A stretch of DNA of 64,000 bases from Minutocellus sp. GHC0000111 (GCA_977018835.1 OZ361259.1:1054001-1118000), one strand, 5' to 3'. Positions 1 through 12,598 are shown, counted from the first letter of the stretch. The notes: generated by a model not told the origin, from the letters alone. Translations and numbers: made by a program.

Positions 1-679
1 GTCGACAGAATCATAAGGAGTGGGTGTGTCAATGTCAACTTCTTCAAGGAAATTTGTGTACATTCGAAGCTTTTTTCCCGGGATTGGGGCAACATTGAGA
101 TGGATGTGTTTTGCCGTTGCGTTATCGTACATTTTGAAAACAGTTCCTTCAGTGTAATCTACTTTCCTCCACCAGGCTAGGTTCTTGTCTTTAGTACGAC
201 GCAGGAAAGTTGGTTTGTCTGCATTTTCTGGCATCTTGCAATATTCTTCAACATGAGAAATTTCGCCGTTGTCACTTCTCATAAATCTTCTTAGATCTCG
301 TTGGCAATCGTAGAAAGAACTGGTTTTAATTCCACCAAAGAGCGGGTTTGCTCCGTCATTAGAAGTTAGCCAAGTCCGCACACTTGGAGCAGCTTCTTGA
401 ATGGTTTTCCAAGTGCTGCCTGTACCATTGTGGACCCAGAAATTTGTATTGTTCCTTCAACCAACGCATGACTCTTTCACTTGCCCTGATTCGTATTCTT
501 TCAGGATGAACAGATAAATACCTCAACAGATACAAATTGATTTCTCTTTCTGAAATTTCACTAATGTTTGCTTCGTTTGGCGAAATTTCACCGAGGTTTG
601 CTTCATCCTCATTTGACGTTTCGTTATCAATGTGAGGGTCGTTGGAAAAATTTCTCGTTTCAAAGTCGTTCATGGCCAA
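1..679 (-). CDS. Hypothetical protein, frameshifted near 360, running off the left edge
   Basis: ORF 359..679, then an open frame (SNDGANPLFGGIKTSSFYDCQRDLRRF...PYDSVD) continuing to base 1. No recognisable motif. Confidence 0.4.
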
Positions 680-835
680 ATTTCCGTTGAATGATTTGCT
701 ACTTCAAACTTCTAAGTCGTGCTTCTTTATTTCCAATGACGGTGTAATATAAATGCATGCATGTGTAGAGCATGTAGTGTACCAATTAGTAACGGGTGTG
801 TAAAGAAATTTTTTATGTACCTGTTAGTACCTGTA

Positions 836-2685
836 CGAAGTCTCGCGAAATCGAGCACAGGGTCGGGACCAAAACAGCGACTTTTTGGGCCCGCAACCGC
901 CTGAATCTTAGATCTACCGGCATTGAACACATGTGCAATGCAAAGTACATGCATTGCAGCAGCTAGCATCCAGATCTACAATCCAATCTAGTATTATTTA
1001 ACACAAAATAACTTAAATGCACCGCAGGACTAATTATCCATGGTTGGATCAGCAGGAGGAGGAGCGATAATTTTCCCATCTGTCCGAACCATTCCATTTT
1101 CAGTCGGCCTGAAATCCTTTCGCACCCCAACATGAATGCCTTCACCGTTTCCAAGAAAATCATTGTTGCCTTTTGCAACGATTACCTTCTTTGCAATTCT
1201 ATGAGCCTGGATGTATGCCGATGCGATCTTCCAGTTTTCCAGCCCCATCCAAACTTCCTCCGCTGCATCCCAAGTCTGATCCTCTGTCAAAACCTTCAGC
1301 CCCTCCCGATCGCGGCACAACATTGTGTGCTGCTTTGACATGCAAGGGAAACAGACAGATCAAGAACATTCATATGGGGCATTTGCGGGGCCTGAGGTTC
1401 CCAACGCCATCCCTTGTCCCGACAGTATCCTTCCACATATTCCACAAATTCAGTCTCGGCATGGGGCCCAGTGTTGTCGCCCTGGAAAACAGGGACACAG
1501 CCTTCAAACTTTCCGCCAGGTCCGACCAAAGCCTCAACATCCGGAAATATCTTGTTCTCAAACAAAGCTTTCAGTGGGAACTTGGGATTATCAAGGGTGC
1601 CATGGCTGCATCCAGTCACCGCGCAATCCACAAGGTGTAGATCGTCTTTCTTCCGAACCACCGGGCCGCAATGTTTGATTCCACCATCTGCCTGCCGCAC
1701 CGCCTCCCTTGCCATCTGCCTCGCAATTTCATGCGCCTGAGCCCGAAAAAGTCCAAGCTTGAACGCAATGCCGCCATTCTCAATGCTGTCAATAAAAGCC
1801 AAGGCAGTGACAGCCACCACCATGCACTTGTTGATGTGATTTCGGTGACATGCCGAGAAGGACCGAGGATCAACACCCAATTCTGCAACTTGCTTGGCAT
1901 GCGATCGAAGAACCAAGCCCCAAAACCACTTCTCATCGAACATAACAAGGAGAAACTTGCCACCGCCGAGCCCCCAATTGTTTCGGAATTTCCGCGCAAA
2001 TGCCAAATGTTTCTCCATCTGATGTGTAGCAAGGAGAGGGATGATCCTTTCGGCACAGTGCCGGAACCCTTCCCGCGACATTGTCCACCGCCGTGTTGCC
2101 GAGTGGGAACACCAAAAGTTGACATCCACCTCCAGCTCCCGCCAAGATTCCCGAGGATTTCGCATCAGAGCATCAACAACAACATCTCGAATGCATGGCT
2201 GCATGGCCAGATGAGATCTCCTCTTCATCTCCCACATCGCCTTCTCAGATGCAGGCAGAGCACCACACGCCTTCATCCATCCCGAAAATCGTGCACCATG
2301 CTCTGTGCGCTGGACAGCACCGAATGGTCCACCTTTGCCTGCTCCCTGCACTTGGCAATTGCAAAGAGACATGGTGCAGCATGCCGCCGGGTCGCCGTTG
2401 CAAGATCGTCGATGACAGAACGGAAGGCGGCCGAATCAGATGAATCATCGGCACTCGTTGGGAAGCAGTGCACCGGTCCAAGTGGGACGAACGCGTCCAT
2501 TTGATTAGAGCCGCTGAAATCTAAAGTCTTATCCGAATTATTGTTTCACATGAAAATAAATCAAAATTAGAGTAAAAATAGCCATTTTCTTAAATATTTC
2601 AGCATGACTATTCTTCGAGGCGCTTTTCAATCCCCTCGAAAGCAGTCAAAAACCGGGCGCTCGATTTCTCGCCAATCTGACCTTG
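836..2685 (-). mobile_element. Tc1/mariner DNA transposon, copy 1 (internally deleted)
   Basis: TA at 834-835 and 2686-2687. Imperfect TIRs (CGAAGTC..CGCGAAATCGAGC / GCGCTCGATTTCTCGCCAATCTGACCTTG). Near-identical to 6653-16001 but lacks copy-2 ~14099-15800; the junction at ~2480 has the filler AGTGGG. Confidence 0.9.
1030..2480 (-). pseudogene. Mariner-type DDD transposase, 5'-truncated and frameshifted
   Basis: Motifs FDEKWF, QGDN(T/A)GPH and QAPQMPHMNVLDL resemble plant-type (DD39D-like) mariner; I count 38 residues between D2 and D3. The C-terminus is in ORF 1030..1341. Confidence 0.85.
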
Positions 2686-2739
2686 TACCCGATACGTGGC
2701 ATTTACTTAGGTGTGTACGGGCGGTAGCATGACCAGAAT

Positions 2740-2910
2740 TTTTTATTTTTATCGTAGGAGGCTATGTACACGCACCGCTTTTTTTGTCGTAGGAATTAAG
2801 GAATTGTCGCTATCCGTTGTGCGCACCGCAATTTTTTTTTCAATTTTTTTTTATCGTAGGAATTGTCACTGTCCATTGTGCGCACCGCAAGTTTTATTTT
2901 TATCGTGGCG
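2740..2910. repeat. Degenerate tandem repeat (3-4 units)
   Basis: Recurring TTTT(A/G)TCGT(A/G)G ... CGCACCGC units. Confidence 0.6.
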
Positions 2911-3217
2911 ATTGTTGGTTTTGCCTGACTAACTAAACGAGTAGAGGTGCGCTAAATGAATCAAAACTGTACTTTGGAAACCGAGTTTTATTGCATTTCC
3001 GTGAGAAGTGTGCTTGCTTTTGTCCATAAAAAATTGAACAAAACCCGGATCGTTTGAAACTTCTTACTGGAACCGTATATGTGCAAAATCTGTAACTAAG
3101 CGAACACTAGGGCTTGGTTTTTCAACAGGAGGTTCTGCACAATAGCTCTCGGTAGGACCGAGGATGAGGATTGACTTCAATTATTCCTAGTTTTTGAAGA
3201 AAATGTTACAATCCATT

Positions 3218-4256
3218 CTAGTCTCCATCTTTTTCAGTAGCGGTTCCCATTCCTCATGGTCGATTTTGTACATTTGGACCCCATGAAACACCTGTGGCTC
3301 TGTATCCTTCAAAATTCTCTCTCCAAGGGTCACAGGGCAGGTCGCTGCGTGATCTTTTTCTCTCGTAGAAGGATGTATGAGAGCTTAAATAGACTCGATA
3401 ATCCTGTACTGAAGCTAATTGATGCCCTTTCCCAGCGAATTGGACCGACTTCTGCCAGTAAGCCTTTCAGATTTGAATGTTGGAACAAGAAATTGTGAGC
3501 TCCTTTCAAAACAGCGATCTCAAAGCCCTCTACATCTAATTTTATAAAATCGACTTTGCTAAAATCCAAGCTATGGTGCAGGTGAAAAGCAAGGCAATCC
3601 AGAGAGACACCTAGAATCGATCCTTTTTCACTTTTGCGGAGGAAACCTTCATAGTTACTACCCCTGATATCGAACCGTTCGTTCTTCTCGCCCAATCCCA
3701 ATGGATATAAGTAAACCCGATTTGCTACTTCTCTCGGATTGAATTCTTTTCCGTGTTGAAGAGCCCTGAAATTGTTCTCGTTGATTTCAAATGAATGAAC
3801 GTCCATGCCCAAAGAAGCAAGATAGTATGTGTAGAAACCCTGATTCGCGCCGATGTCAAATGCCACTCCCCGCTCATTTCCTTTCAACAATTTTTTTATG
3901 AGGTAAAAGTTGGCAATGTCTGCCATCATGTGCCATGATACTTTGTTCTTGTCTTTGAATACAGTTCCAACATGAAAAGAGGGGGTAACTACGTCAGGGC
4001 TAGATCCCATTTGAATGCTGTTATCCAAAAAGAATGATCCTGCCGGAAGGATAATTGGCAGTTTCTTACATGAGTCGTCGACTTCAAAGAAATTCTTCTC
4101 GGACAAAGATAGGTCAAAAGTAAGGTTTTTGTGGACGTTTCTGCGCTGCATTTCATTATTCAAAGTGCAGTGCCCAACAAAAGAATACAGCATGCACCAC
4201 GCGCAGACTGATTGCAGGACGCAGTGCACACGCTTATGCTTACGTTGTTTTCCCAT
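3218..4256 (-). CDS. FkbM-family SAM-dependent methyltransferase with N-terminal anchor; C-terminal frameshift
   Basis: FDIGANQGFYT and FIKLDVEGFEIAVLKG. After an A-run at ~3357 another frame continues (KDHAATCPVTLGERILKD...). Confidence 0.85.
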
Positions 4257-4289
4257 TTCATCTTACTCGCAATGCTGCCCAAGAGCACC

Positions 4290-6420
4290 CTGATCCGCGC
4301 GTTGTCGCACCTCACCATGTTCGGCAATATTTTCCGGGTCATTGGTAATTTTGGCTCCTATCCTCCGCCGGGTGTGCCCTAGATCTACAGGCGCAACAAA
4401 AACTTTTCAACATCCCTACTGGTGTGCTTCCCTCCTTCTTTTTGGTCATTTGCACCGACCGTGATTAAAAGTGGCCCCATCTTGCTGTTGGCTTTGGCAT
4501 GAGATGAGGTGAATGGCAGGCATGGTGAAGTGTGCACAGTTGGTGGCAGGTGGTGAAGTTTAGCGCCAGCAATTTTGGTGGTGGTGTCGTCCCGCTAAAC
4601 ACAGCTTAAATCTGTCCATCATGGTGAAAAGTTAGAACCAAATCCAATTGGATAGGTAGCCTCATTTGCATCAGTAAGAACAAACATCAACAACATAAAC
4701 ACAAGATCGCAATTGCAAACTGTGTAGGGTAAGATTGAGTGAGGGTGAGGCAGGGGATCAGCACTTGTAGACCTACTCGAGGTCACGGTCTCTCCAAGCG
4801 TTGGGATCGTTGGCCGGTGCTAAGCCTTCGAAGGTAGCTGCCAGATTAAGTCTGGCTGATTGGCTCCTGGTGGTTCTTCTTGGTGCAGGTACTTCTGTGT
4901 CATCTTCGACCGTTGCTGTTACCGATGCTACTGCAGCATTAGCAAGAGCATTGACCACAGGGGACATGGCAGCACGCTCGACACTCTGAGTCCAACGGGG
5001 AGACAATGACGGCTACTTCTGCATCATCAGCAGCAAACGGCTCTGCGATGATGGCGTCGTCGTTGGTGGTGACAAGGGAGCACTGGGCACATGTTGGACC
5101 ATGGCGAAATTCACAGCTGTTGCAAAGGGGAGGTTGGCTGAGAGGTGAGAGGCACGGCGGGCCGAGGCAATCGACGCATCGACAGTTCCCACAAACAGCA
5201 GGGCCTCTCTGTCGTTGCTCGGTGTCGATGGTTCGGTGACGACGGTGGTTCTGGATCTTCTCGGCGGTGTCAGCCCCGGCGCTACTGGTTTGCAGGCAGC
5301 ATGAGAGCCAGGCTCGAGTCCCAAACACTTCTCCACTGTTGATGGCCAGGCTTCCGATTGCACTAGTTGGAACAGCGGGTAGACTCGGGGGGTGACGGTG
5401 ATGGTGCCAGCTCGTTTGATGCACGGAGCCTTTGCTGCTACTCCTCTTTCGAGGAACGAGGCTTCTCCGATGCGTCTCAAGCTGTCGGTGTTTTGAAATG
5501 CCATTCTTTGGGGACAAAGCATTGGCATGAGAGCGATGGTTGCGACCAAGCATTTCATTGCCCCATTGCCACCACGCCTCTGGAGGGAAGAGCATGGTGG
5601 CTGTGGATTTGGCATGACCATGTGGCTGTCATCCTGGTTCGCTCCCTTGCTCGCTTCTTGCCAGCATCTTGGCCCCGCCTGGGAGCAACGCACAGCATGC
5701 GCGTGCGCATGTCGACAAATCGCAATCATCACGAATGAGTGACCCGGAAAGTGAATCGCCAAACAAGCCCACGAGCAAGGCCCACGAGCAAGACCGAAGC
5801 AAAACGATGCCACTGGTACGCCAAGCCAACGTGTGCCTATTCAAACGCCCCCCAAGACCCCAACACCCAGAATTATCGCCAATGAGTCCCCCGGGGCTCA
5901 TCGGCGAATCGTCACGACTTGAGCGCAGATGCATCGCACCCCAAGCAAAAAGCATGCGATGTGGATGATGCCACAATCCAAAGATGCCAGATCACAAATA
6001 TTTGTGCAGATGCACCGGCATGATGTCGGTGGTGATTTTTACGTGCAATGTGCGTGTGACTTGCGCATCAATTTTGCGTAAAATTTACGACTCGGCGTCA
6101 AATTGATGTTTCCTTGACGCACAATTTAGTAAATTTTACGCAAAATTGGCGTCTCTTTTACGTCAAGGCGAAACATGTCTGCGAGGTCGAAAATCACAAA
6201 ATGTTTCGTGGGACTCCCAAAACACACCTTTTCGCCAAATTCCCGCAAGCTCCAGGATTTTTGTGTGTTTTTTTGTGTGTTAACATTTGCACAGCGCAGC
6301 TCTCGTGCACGCCTTGCAACAGCTCTTGCACGCGCTGCAGTCATTTTTTCCACAGCAGTTTGTTCTCTTGACCCCTGGATTTGCGACGACAGCAAGAATG
6401 CGTGGGCGAGCAACAGTTAA
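4290..6420. mobile_element. Unclassified degenerate repeat/TE relic
   Basis: Strong TpA depletion, overlapping stop-free frames rich in Cys/His, and a palindromic tract at 6032-6187. No diagnostic motif. Confidence 0.45.
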
Positions 6421-6475
6421 TTGTCACCACTTGCTTCATTTTCTTTGCACGTCAAATTTCATAGAGAAAACCGGA

Positions 6476-6652
6476 ATGAGACAGTCTCAATCTATTTTGA
6501 GATTGTGGATCTCTACCAGTCACTCAACAAAAATTTTTTCAATGAGTTTTGTTGCATTGGCAGCTCTCCTGTTTAATTCTTCTTTAGTCAATTTCGGTCT
6601 AATCCACTTGACAACAACATCACCCGACCCGGATCGATCTGTAGCACCCTTA
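6476..6652 (+). pseudogene. 5' part (membrane anchor) of a sulfotransferase gene split by the mariner insertion
   Basis: MRQSQ...FVALAALLFNSSLVNFGLIHL...SVAPL joins in frame, across the TA target site, to VIPNLLLAGAQKSGTT at 16004. Confidence 0.8.
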
Positions 6653-7020
6653 CGAAGTCCGTTTCGCGAGAAATCGAGCGCAGGGCCGGGACCAAAAAAT
6701 GTCGATTTTTGGGCCCGCAACCCGGACACGGACACATGCATGTGAAGCCGGAACCATCAAAACTGACAAGAGAGCACTGCACGTGCATGTGCGGCATGTG
6801 TGTGTGCAGCAGCACAAAAACATAGCTCGAATCTAAACAATCTAGCACTATCTTAAACATGACACAACTTAAAAGCACCGCAGGACTAGTTGTCCATGGT
6901 TGGAACTAACTTAACTTAACTTAAAAGCACCGCAGGACTAGTTGTCCATGGTTGGTTGGATCAGCAGGAGGAGGAGGAGCGACAATTTTCCCATCTGTCC
7001 GAACCATGCCATTTTCATAC

Positions 7021-7198
7021 CGTACGTACGCATGCATACGTACGGTACGTACGGTGATCAGACCACTGACTCAGTGCCCTCTCCTGACCGTTGATCCATG
7101 GGCCAACGACATCTCCGATGGCCCATTTTTCATCTACGTAGGTCCCATTAACCTCTACTAGCTATATCTATCTAGCTTAGCTTTAGGACCTCTTAGCA
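7021..7198 (+). repeat. 5' LTR (first 18 bp missing)
   Basis: Matches 12665-12842 with 3 substitutions; ends in CA. Confidence 0.95.
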
Positions 7199-7212
7199 GA
7201 CCTACGTGATGC

Positions 7213-8421
7213 ATGAATGAACCAGGACAACCTCCCCAACGCGAGCGTGTTGCCAAAGCGCTCGAGGAACTTCAACAAGCGGCGGCCAGCATTCCAGCAG
7301 GGTGCAATGACCACAACCTCGGCCATTTGGGCCTCGTCGTCAGCGATGCCGAACACACCACCAAAAGTAACGGCCGACCACATGTGCCTCCGGCAAATCC
7401 TGGCCCCAGCCCCACCATTCCCGCCGTGGCCAATCTAGACCAACGCGATCGTGCAATCCGGGGACATTGCATCGAAAAGGGCCACTGCAACTTGCACGAG
7501 CAAGTCAACACGGCGCTCAAGAATCTCCTCCTCGACTCGATCGACGCCGTCTACATCAATCATCTCGAAGATAACATGCTCGGTTTCCAGCCAGTCACCA
7601 TCCGCCAAATCATCGACAGCATTGCCGATCGCTACTTGAAATTCAACGAGACTCAGAAGGAGGAATTAGAGAAGCAGCTCGAGAAGCAGCACGACGGGGG
7701 ACCCATCGACACCCACATCGCCATGTTCAACAAAGTCTTCAAGGCGTTTGAAACGGCCGGCGAACCCTTCACCAACAAGCAAAAGGTCTCCAAGTTCTAC
7801 CGCTCCGTGCGCAGGTTCTCATTGGCAAAGAAGGCATGCGAGGACTGGGACGACAGACCGGAGGCCGAACGCACGTGGGCCAACATGCAGTCGGACTTCC
7901 GCGATTGGCATGATAAGAAGATGGCCAACACCACCACCGAAGCGGCAGGACATCATGGCGCGAATTTGGCCTCATCGGCCTCGGACGATCCATTTCTTTC
8001 TCGAGCCGATCTCCTTTTGGCTGATGCCACCGAAGCCCTCAAGACCAACCAAGCCATGATGGCGAACCTCGCCAAAAAGAGCAACGAGAAGGATGATGCC
8101 ATTGCCAAACTTCGCCAAGAAATAGCTTCACTCAAGGCCGAGAACCGCGTTCTGCGTGAGGGACGCAACCATGCTGGTGGCAGTGGAGGCTACCGCGGCG
8201 GTGGCCAGCAGAACGGCGCCGGCCACTTCCCAGGCCAAGGTCCTAACCTCAACCGCCAGGAGAAGCGGGAACTGCAGTCGATCCTCCCCAGAGGCGACCA
8301 TTGCCACACGTGCGGCTGTTCGTCCAACCACCCCAGCTTTGAATGCACTTGCAAAGGGCCCAACCACGTTGACAACGCCACCAAGTGCAATCCTTGCGGT
8401 GGTAGCTCGCGTCGTAACTGA
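7213..8421 (+). CDS. gag: Copia Gag
   Basis: AASIP...GHLGLV N-terminal motif and C-terminal CHTCG..H.S..C....H...AT..N..GGS knuckle typical of diatom copia Gag. Confidence 0.88.
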   Translation: MNEPGQPPQRERVAKALEELQQAAASIPAGCNDHNLGHLGLVVSDAEHTTKSNGRPHVPPANPGPSPTIPAVANLDQRDRAIRGHCIEKGHCNLHEQVNTALKNLLLDSIDAVYINHLEDNMLGFQPVTIRQIIDSIADRYLKFNETQKEELEKQLEKQHDGGPIDTHIAMFNKVFKAFETAGEPFTNKQKVSKFYRSVRRFSLAKKACEDWDDRPEAERTWANMQSDFRDWHDKKMANTTTEAAGHHGANLASSASDDPFLSRADLLLADATEALKTNQAMMANLAKKSNEKDDAIAKLRQEIASLKAENRVLREGRNHAGGSGGYRGGGQQNGAGHFPGQGPNLNRQEKRELQSILPRGDHCHTCGCSSNHPSFECTCKGPNHVDNATKCNPCGGSSRRN

Positions 8422-11400
8422 GCGGGAGGGACGGTGGATATTAATCAGCATAAAATAGAGGATGGTGTGTCTGAATCCACCTCCTCCCCGCCTTCGTTAG
8501 CTTTTCTTACGTCAAAAAGCAAACCTCCAACTCAAGAGCCAATCGTCCTCGCAGCAGATGCTGGAACGACGGGACATTTTGTCCAGAAGCCCCAACACCT
8601 GTCGCACGATGGCCCTATTTTCAACGTCCAACAGACAGCAATTCCTATCAGCGTCACCCTTCCGGACAATGGCACAATGACGAACACCCACGAGGCCACG
8701 CTTCGCCTCCCTGGGGTTTCCCCATCGGCTAGCAAGGCCTGTGTTTTCAATAACATGGCATCATCGCTCCTATCGATTGGGCAGCTGTGTGACGATGGAT
8801 GTGTTGCCACTTTCGATAAGGATTCGGTAGTCATCGCCAAGGACAACACCGTCATTTTGCAAGGTAAACGAGACCCCTCAACGAAATTGTGGATGGTAGA
8901 TCTTAATTGCTCGCCCACCATGTCGCCGCTCCCCGGCCCCAACGTCATCCAACATGCTGCCAACGCCGCAATTGCCCAGGAGACGGTTCCGGAACGTGTA
9001 GCCTTTTTACATTGGTGCGCTGGCAGTCCTCAGCTATCTGCCTGGTGCAAAGCAATCGATGCGGGATTTATAGATCTTGGCCAGGCCTCACATCAAAGCT
9101 TGTACGTAAGCACATGCCACAGTCGATGCCGATGATTAAAGGTCACTTAGACCAGCAGCGCAAGAACATCAGGTCGACCAAGCCCAAACGGTCGATGGCT
9201 ACGCCAAAATCTCTCCCTGGGGTGGACGAAACCGAGCAGGATCTCCACCCGGCACAACACCAACAGCGCACCAACTATGTCTTTGCTGATTGTCATGACA
9301 TAACGGGCCAGATCTTCTCAGATCAGCCCGGCCGTTTCTTGGCATCGTCTATTTCTGGCCACCAGCACATAATGGTCGTCTATGACTATGACTCCAACAG
9401 CATCTTGGCCGAACCAATGAAAAGCCGATCGGGAACGGAAATGCGCCGAGCGTGCCAAACTATTTTCGAATACCTCTCCAAGCGAGGATTTCGCCCAAAA
9501 TTGCAACGATTGGATGATGAAGTGAGTCGAGAGCTGAAGGAGTTCATGGAAGAAAAGGATGTAGATTTTCAATTGACCCCAACGCACTCCCACCGCCGAA
9601 ATGCGGCCGAACGAGCCATTCGAACCTTTAAGAATCATCTCATTGCGATTCTCTGTGGTGCCGATCCCGACTTTCCCCTCATCTTGTGGGATAAATTGCT
9701 GGAGCAGGCGGTAATGACCCTCAATTTCCTGAGAGCATCCCGAGTCAACCCTCGACTATCAGCGTACGAGCAACTCAATGGCGGCTTTGATTTCAATCGC
9801 ACGCCTCTCGGCCCCCTCGGATGCAAGGTCATCTTTCACGAGATGCCCTCGGCACGCGGCTCTTGGTCCCCGCATGGCGTTGATGGGTGCTGTGTCGGTC
9901 CAGCCATGGAACACTACCGGTGTTGCAAGGTTTGGATTGAGGAAACTCGGGCGGAACGCACTGGTAACACACTCGTCTGGCTCCCCAAAATGATTCCGGC
10001 ACCCAAAACGTCGTCGGCCGATGCAGCAATGGTCGCAGCTCATGAACTCCTGCACGCTCTACAGAATCCACATCCAGCGGCACCCCTTGCTCCCCTTCGA
10101 GACGAGCATCGTCAAGCTTTAGAAAAGCTCTCCGAGATTTTCAACAGCGTGACCCCAGCAGAATCTGCCACCTCCGCCTCTGATGAGACGATGCAGACAA
10201 CCGCAGCTCCGAGGGTGCTGGAGAACGATGATGACTCCCAACGATTCCGCCTCGGTACCATCGTCGCCAAAGTGTTTGGAGATCGAAGGGTAGAGTCGTT
10301 GCATTTGACAAGAAGTATAAGTACTACAAAATCAAATACGAGGACGACGATGTAGAAGAGATGAACGAGACTGAAGCAGGCCGTCACCTTGTCTCCAACC
10401 CCAACGCTCCGTTACCTCAGCCCCAGCAACCTCCGAGGGTGGCAAAATCCTCCACATGTGATGCAGCCACCACTAAAAGCCGTCGATCACGTCGATCCAA
10501 CGCGCCACCTCGCTCGTCAGTTTCTTCCAACTACTACAATCCTTTGGCTGCAGTAGACGAGCCCAACGGCGACGATGATGACAATCATGACGACGATGCA
10601 ACCGTCGTAACATCCAATCAAAGTTCCAATGCCCCCACCTCCCGTCGGCAACGTAAACGCAAGTCTCCAACGATCGATGCCACTCCAACATTACCAGCTC
10701 CAGCAAAATCGACAAGCAAGTCCAAACCATCGACCGCCAAACCACCTCGACGACGATCATGCCGTCAGCGAGGGCACATTCCACATCGGAACCCTCCCCC
10801 ACGGCCATCATCTCGTCGCAGCACCCACCACGTGGCCAACATGGCAGCTTTCTCGCCTTTACCAAACCTCCAACACTTTGCTAACGCCGTCGTCCATCCC
10901 GATGCTGGTGCAATGCTTGAACACCGCGACCTCCTCAAAACGAACATGAGGGACCAATTCATTCAAGCAAACATCGATGAAATTGGACGGCTAACGGACG
11001 GCCGAGTTGGAAACAGTGCTAGCATTCCCTCCAATACAATGGCTTTCGTCCACTGGTCCGAACTGCCTCGGGGGAAAAAAGCCACATGCCTCCGCATTGT
11101 CGCCGACTATCGCTCCCATAAACCAAATCCCAATCGAGTTCGATGGACTGCAGGAGGCGACAAAATTCATTACCCTGGCACAGTCTCGACCCCGACCGCT
11201 GAAATGTTGACTGCAAAGTTACTTTTCAACAGCGTCATCTCTACAGACAACGCTCGTTTCATGGGAATTGATATCAGTGACTTCTATCTCAATAGCACCA
11301 TGCCAGAGCCAGAATGGATGTGGGCGCCAGTAGCTCTCATCCCCGACGAAGTCATGGAAGCCTACGACCTCCACGACAAAGTAAAGAATGGTCGAGCATT

Positions 11401-12598
11401 GGTCAGAATCGATGGCGGAATGTATGGATTACCCCAGGCAGGGCGCCTAGCCTACGATCAACTTGTCAAGCATCTCAAACCCCATGGCTATTTCCCTTGC
11501 AAGCGTACTGCCGGCCTTTGGAGGCACAAAACCCGCCCAATTACCTTTTGCCTAACCGTTGACGATTTTGGAGTAAAGTATGTCGGGAAAGAGCATGCAG
11601 ACCATCTCATTCAGGCCCTCAACTCCAAGTATAAGATCACTACCGATTGGGAAGGCCGACTTTATTGTGGCATTCAACTCGAGTGGAACTACGAGGCCAA
11701 ATGGGTGGATCTATCTATGCCTAACTACGTCAAGGAGATGCGCCACAAGTTCCAACACGACCGCCCCTCACGGCCCGAGCATGCGCCATGTCGATGGAAT
11801 CGTCCGACGCATGGCCCGGGACCCCAGCTGCCAGAACCGGAAGACGACTCACCACCACTCGACGCCAAAGGCATCAACGAAATTCAACAGGTGGTGGGCA
11901 GCTCCTTGTGCTGTGGTCGAGCAATTGGTTCAACAATTTTACCGGCGCTCAATGGCATCTCAGCGGAACAATCCAAAGCTACCGAGCGCACTCGACAAGA
12001 TGCCAAGAAGCTTCTAGATTGCCTTGCAACCCATCCCGACGCAGTCATTCGATGCGTCAAGTCAGACATGATCCTGCATGCACATGGCGACGCCTCCTGC
12101 TCATCAGCAGCCCCGAAATCAAGAAGCAAGCTCGGAGGGTGCTTCTGCCTAAGCTCCCGACCTAAGGACCCGCACCGCCAGCCTGACTCAAGTGATCCCA
12201 TGCCACCAATGAATGGAGCCATCCTCATCAATGCCAATGTCATCAAGCATGTGATGTCCTCAGCCGCTGAAGCCGAATTGGGAGGACTGTTTTCCAACAT
12301 GAAAGATGCAGTGCCAATCCGGGCAGCACTAGAAGAAATGGGTCACCCGCAGCCCCCTACTGCTATCGTCGTTGACAACTCTACAGCATCTGGAATTGCC
12401 AATAAAACCGTCAAGCAAAGACGGTCTAAGGCTGTGGACATGAGATTCTACTGGGTCCAAGATCGCACAGAGCAACGACAACTCCAGGTGTGCTGGCGGA
12501 AAGGAGCGCAAAATTTGGCCGATTATTTTACAAAGCACCATCCCGCCCGCTACCATGTCGACATGCGACCAGTCTACTTACATGTAGATTCCAATTAG
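8422..12598 (+). pseudogene. pol: Copia Pol (protease, integrase, Tudor-like domain, RT, RNase H), frameshifts at ~9070 and ~10285
   Basis: ADAGTTGHF (PR); SDQPGRF, RLDDE and RRNAAERAIRTFKNH (IN); GIDISDFYL, MYGLPQAG and LTVDDFGVKY (RT); SAAEAELG, DNSTA and NLADYFTKHHP (RH). Confidence 0.93.

Noticed and set aside
1671..2504. Plus-strand 277-aa ORF (and 13291..14139)
   Set aside because: Antisense shadow of the mariner transposase.
4773..6420. Many overlapping Cys/His-rich ORFs here and at 21-24, 30-32, 35-37 and 41-45 kb
   Set aside because: Loss of TpA removes TAA/TAG stops and turns Tyr into Cys/His, so long frames arise passively in repeats. They are not metal-binding proteins.
9060..9080. 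Programmed frameshift in pol
   Set aside because: It looks like one base lost from a T-run inside a conserved region, with no slippery heptamer. Decay or sequencing error is more likely.
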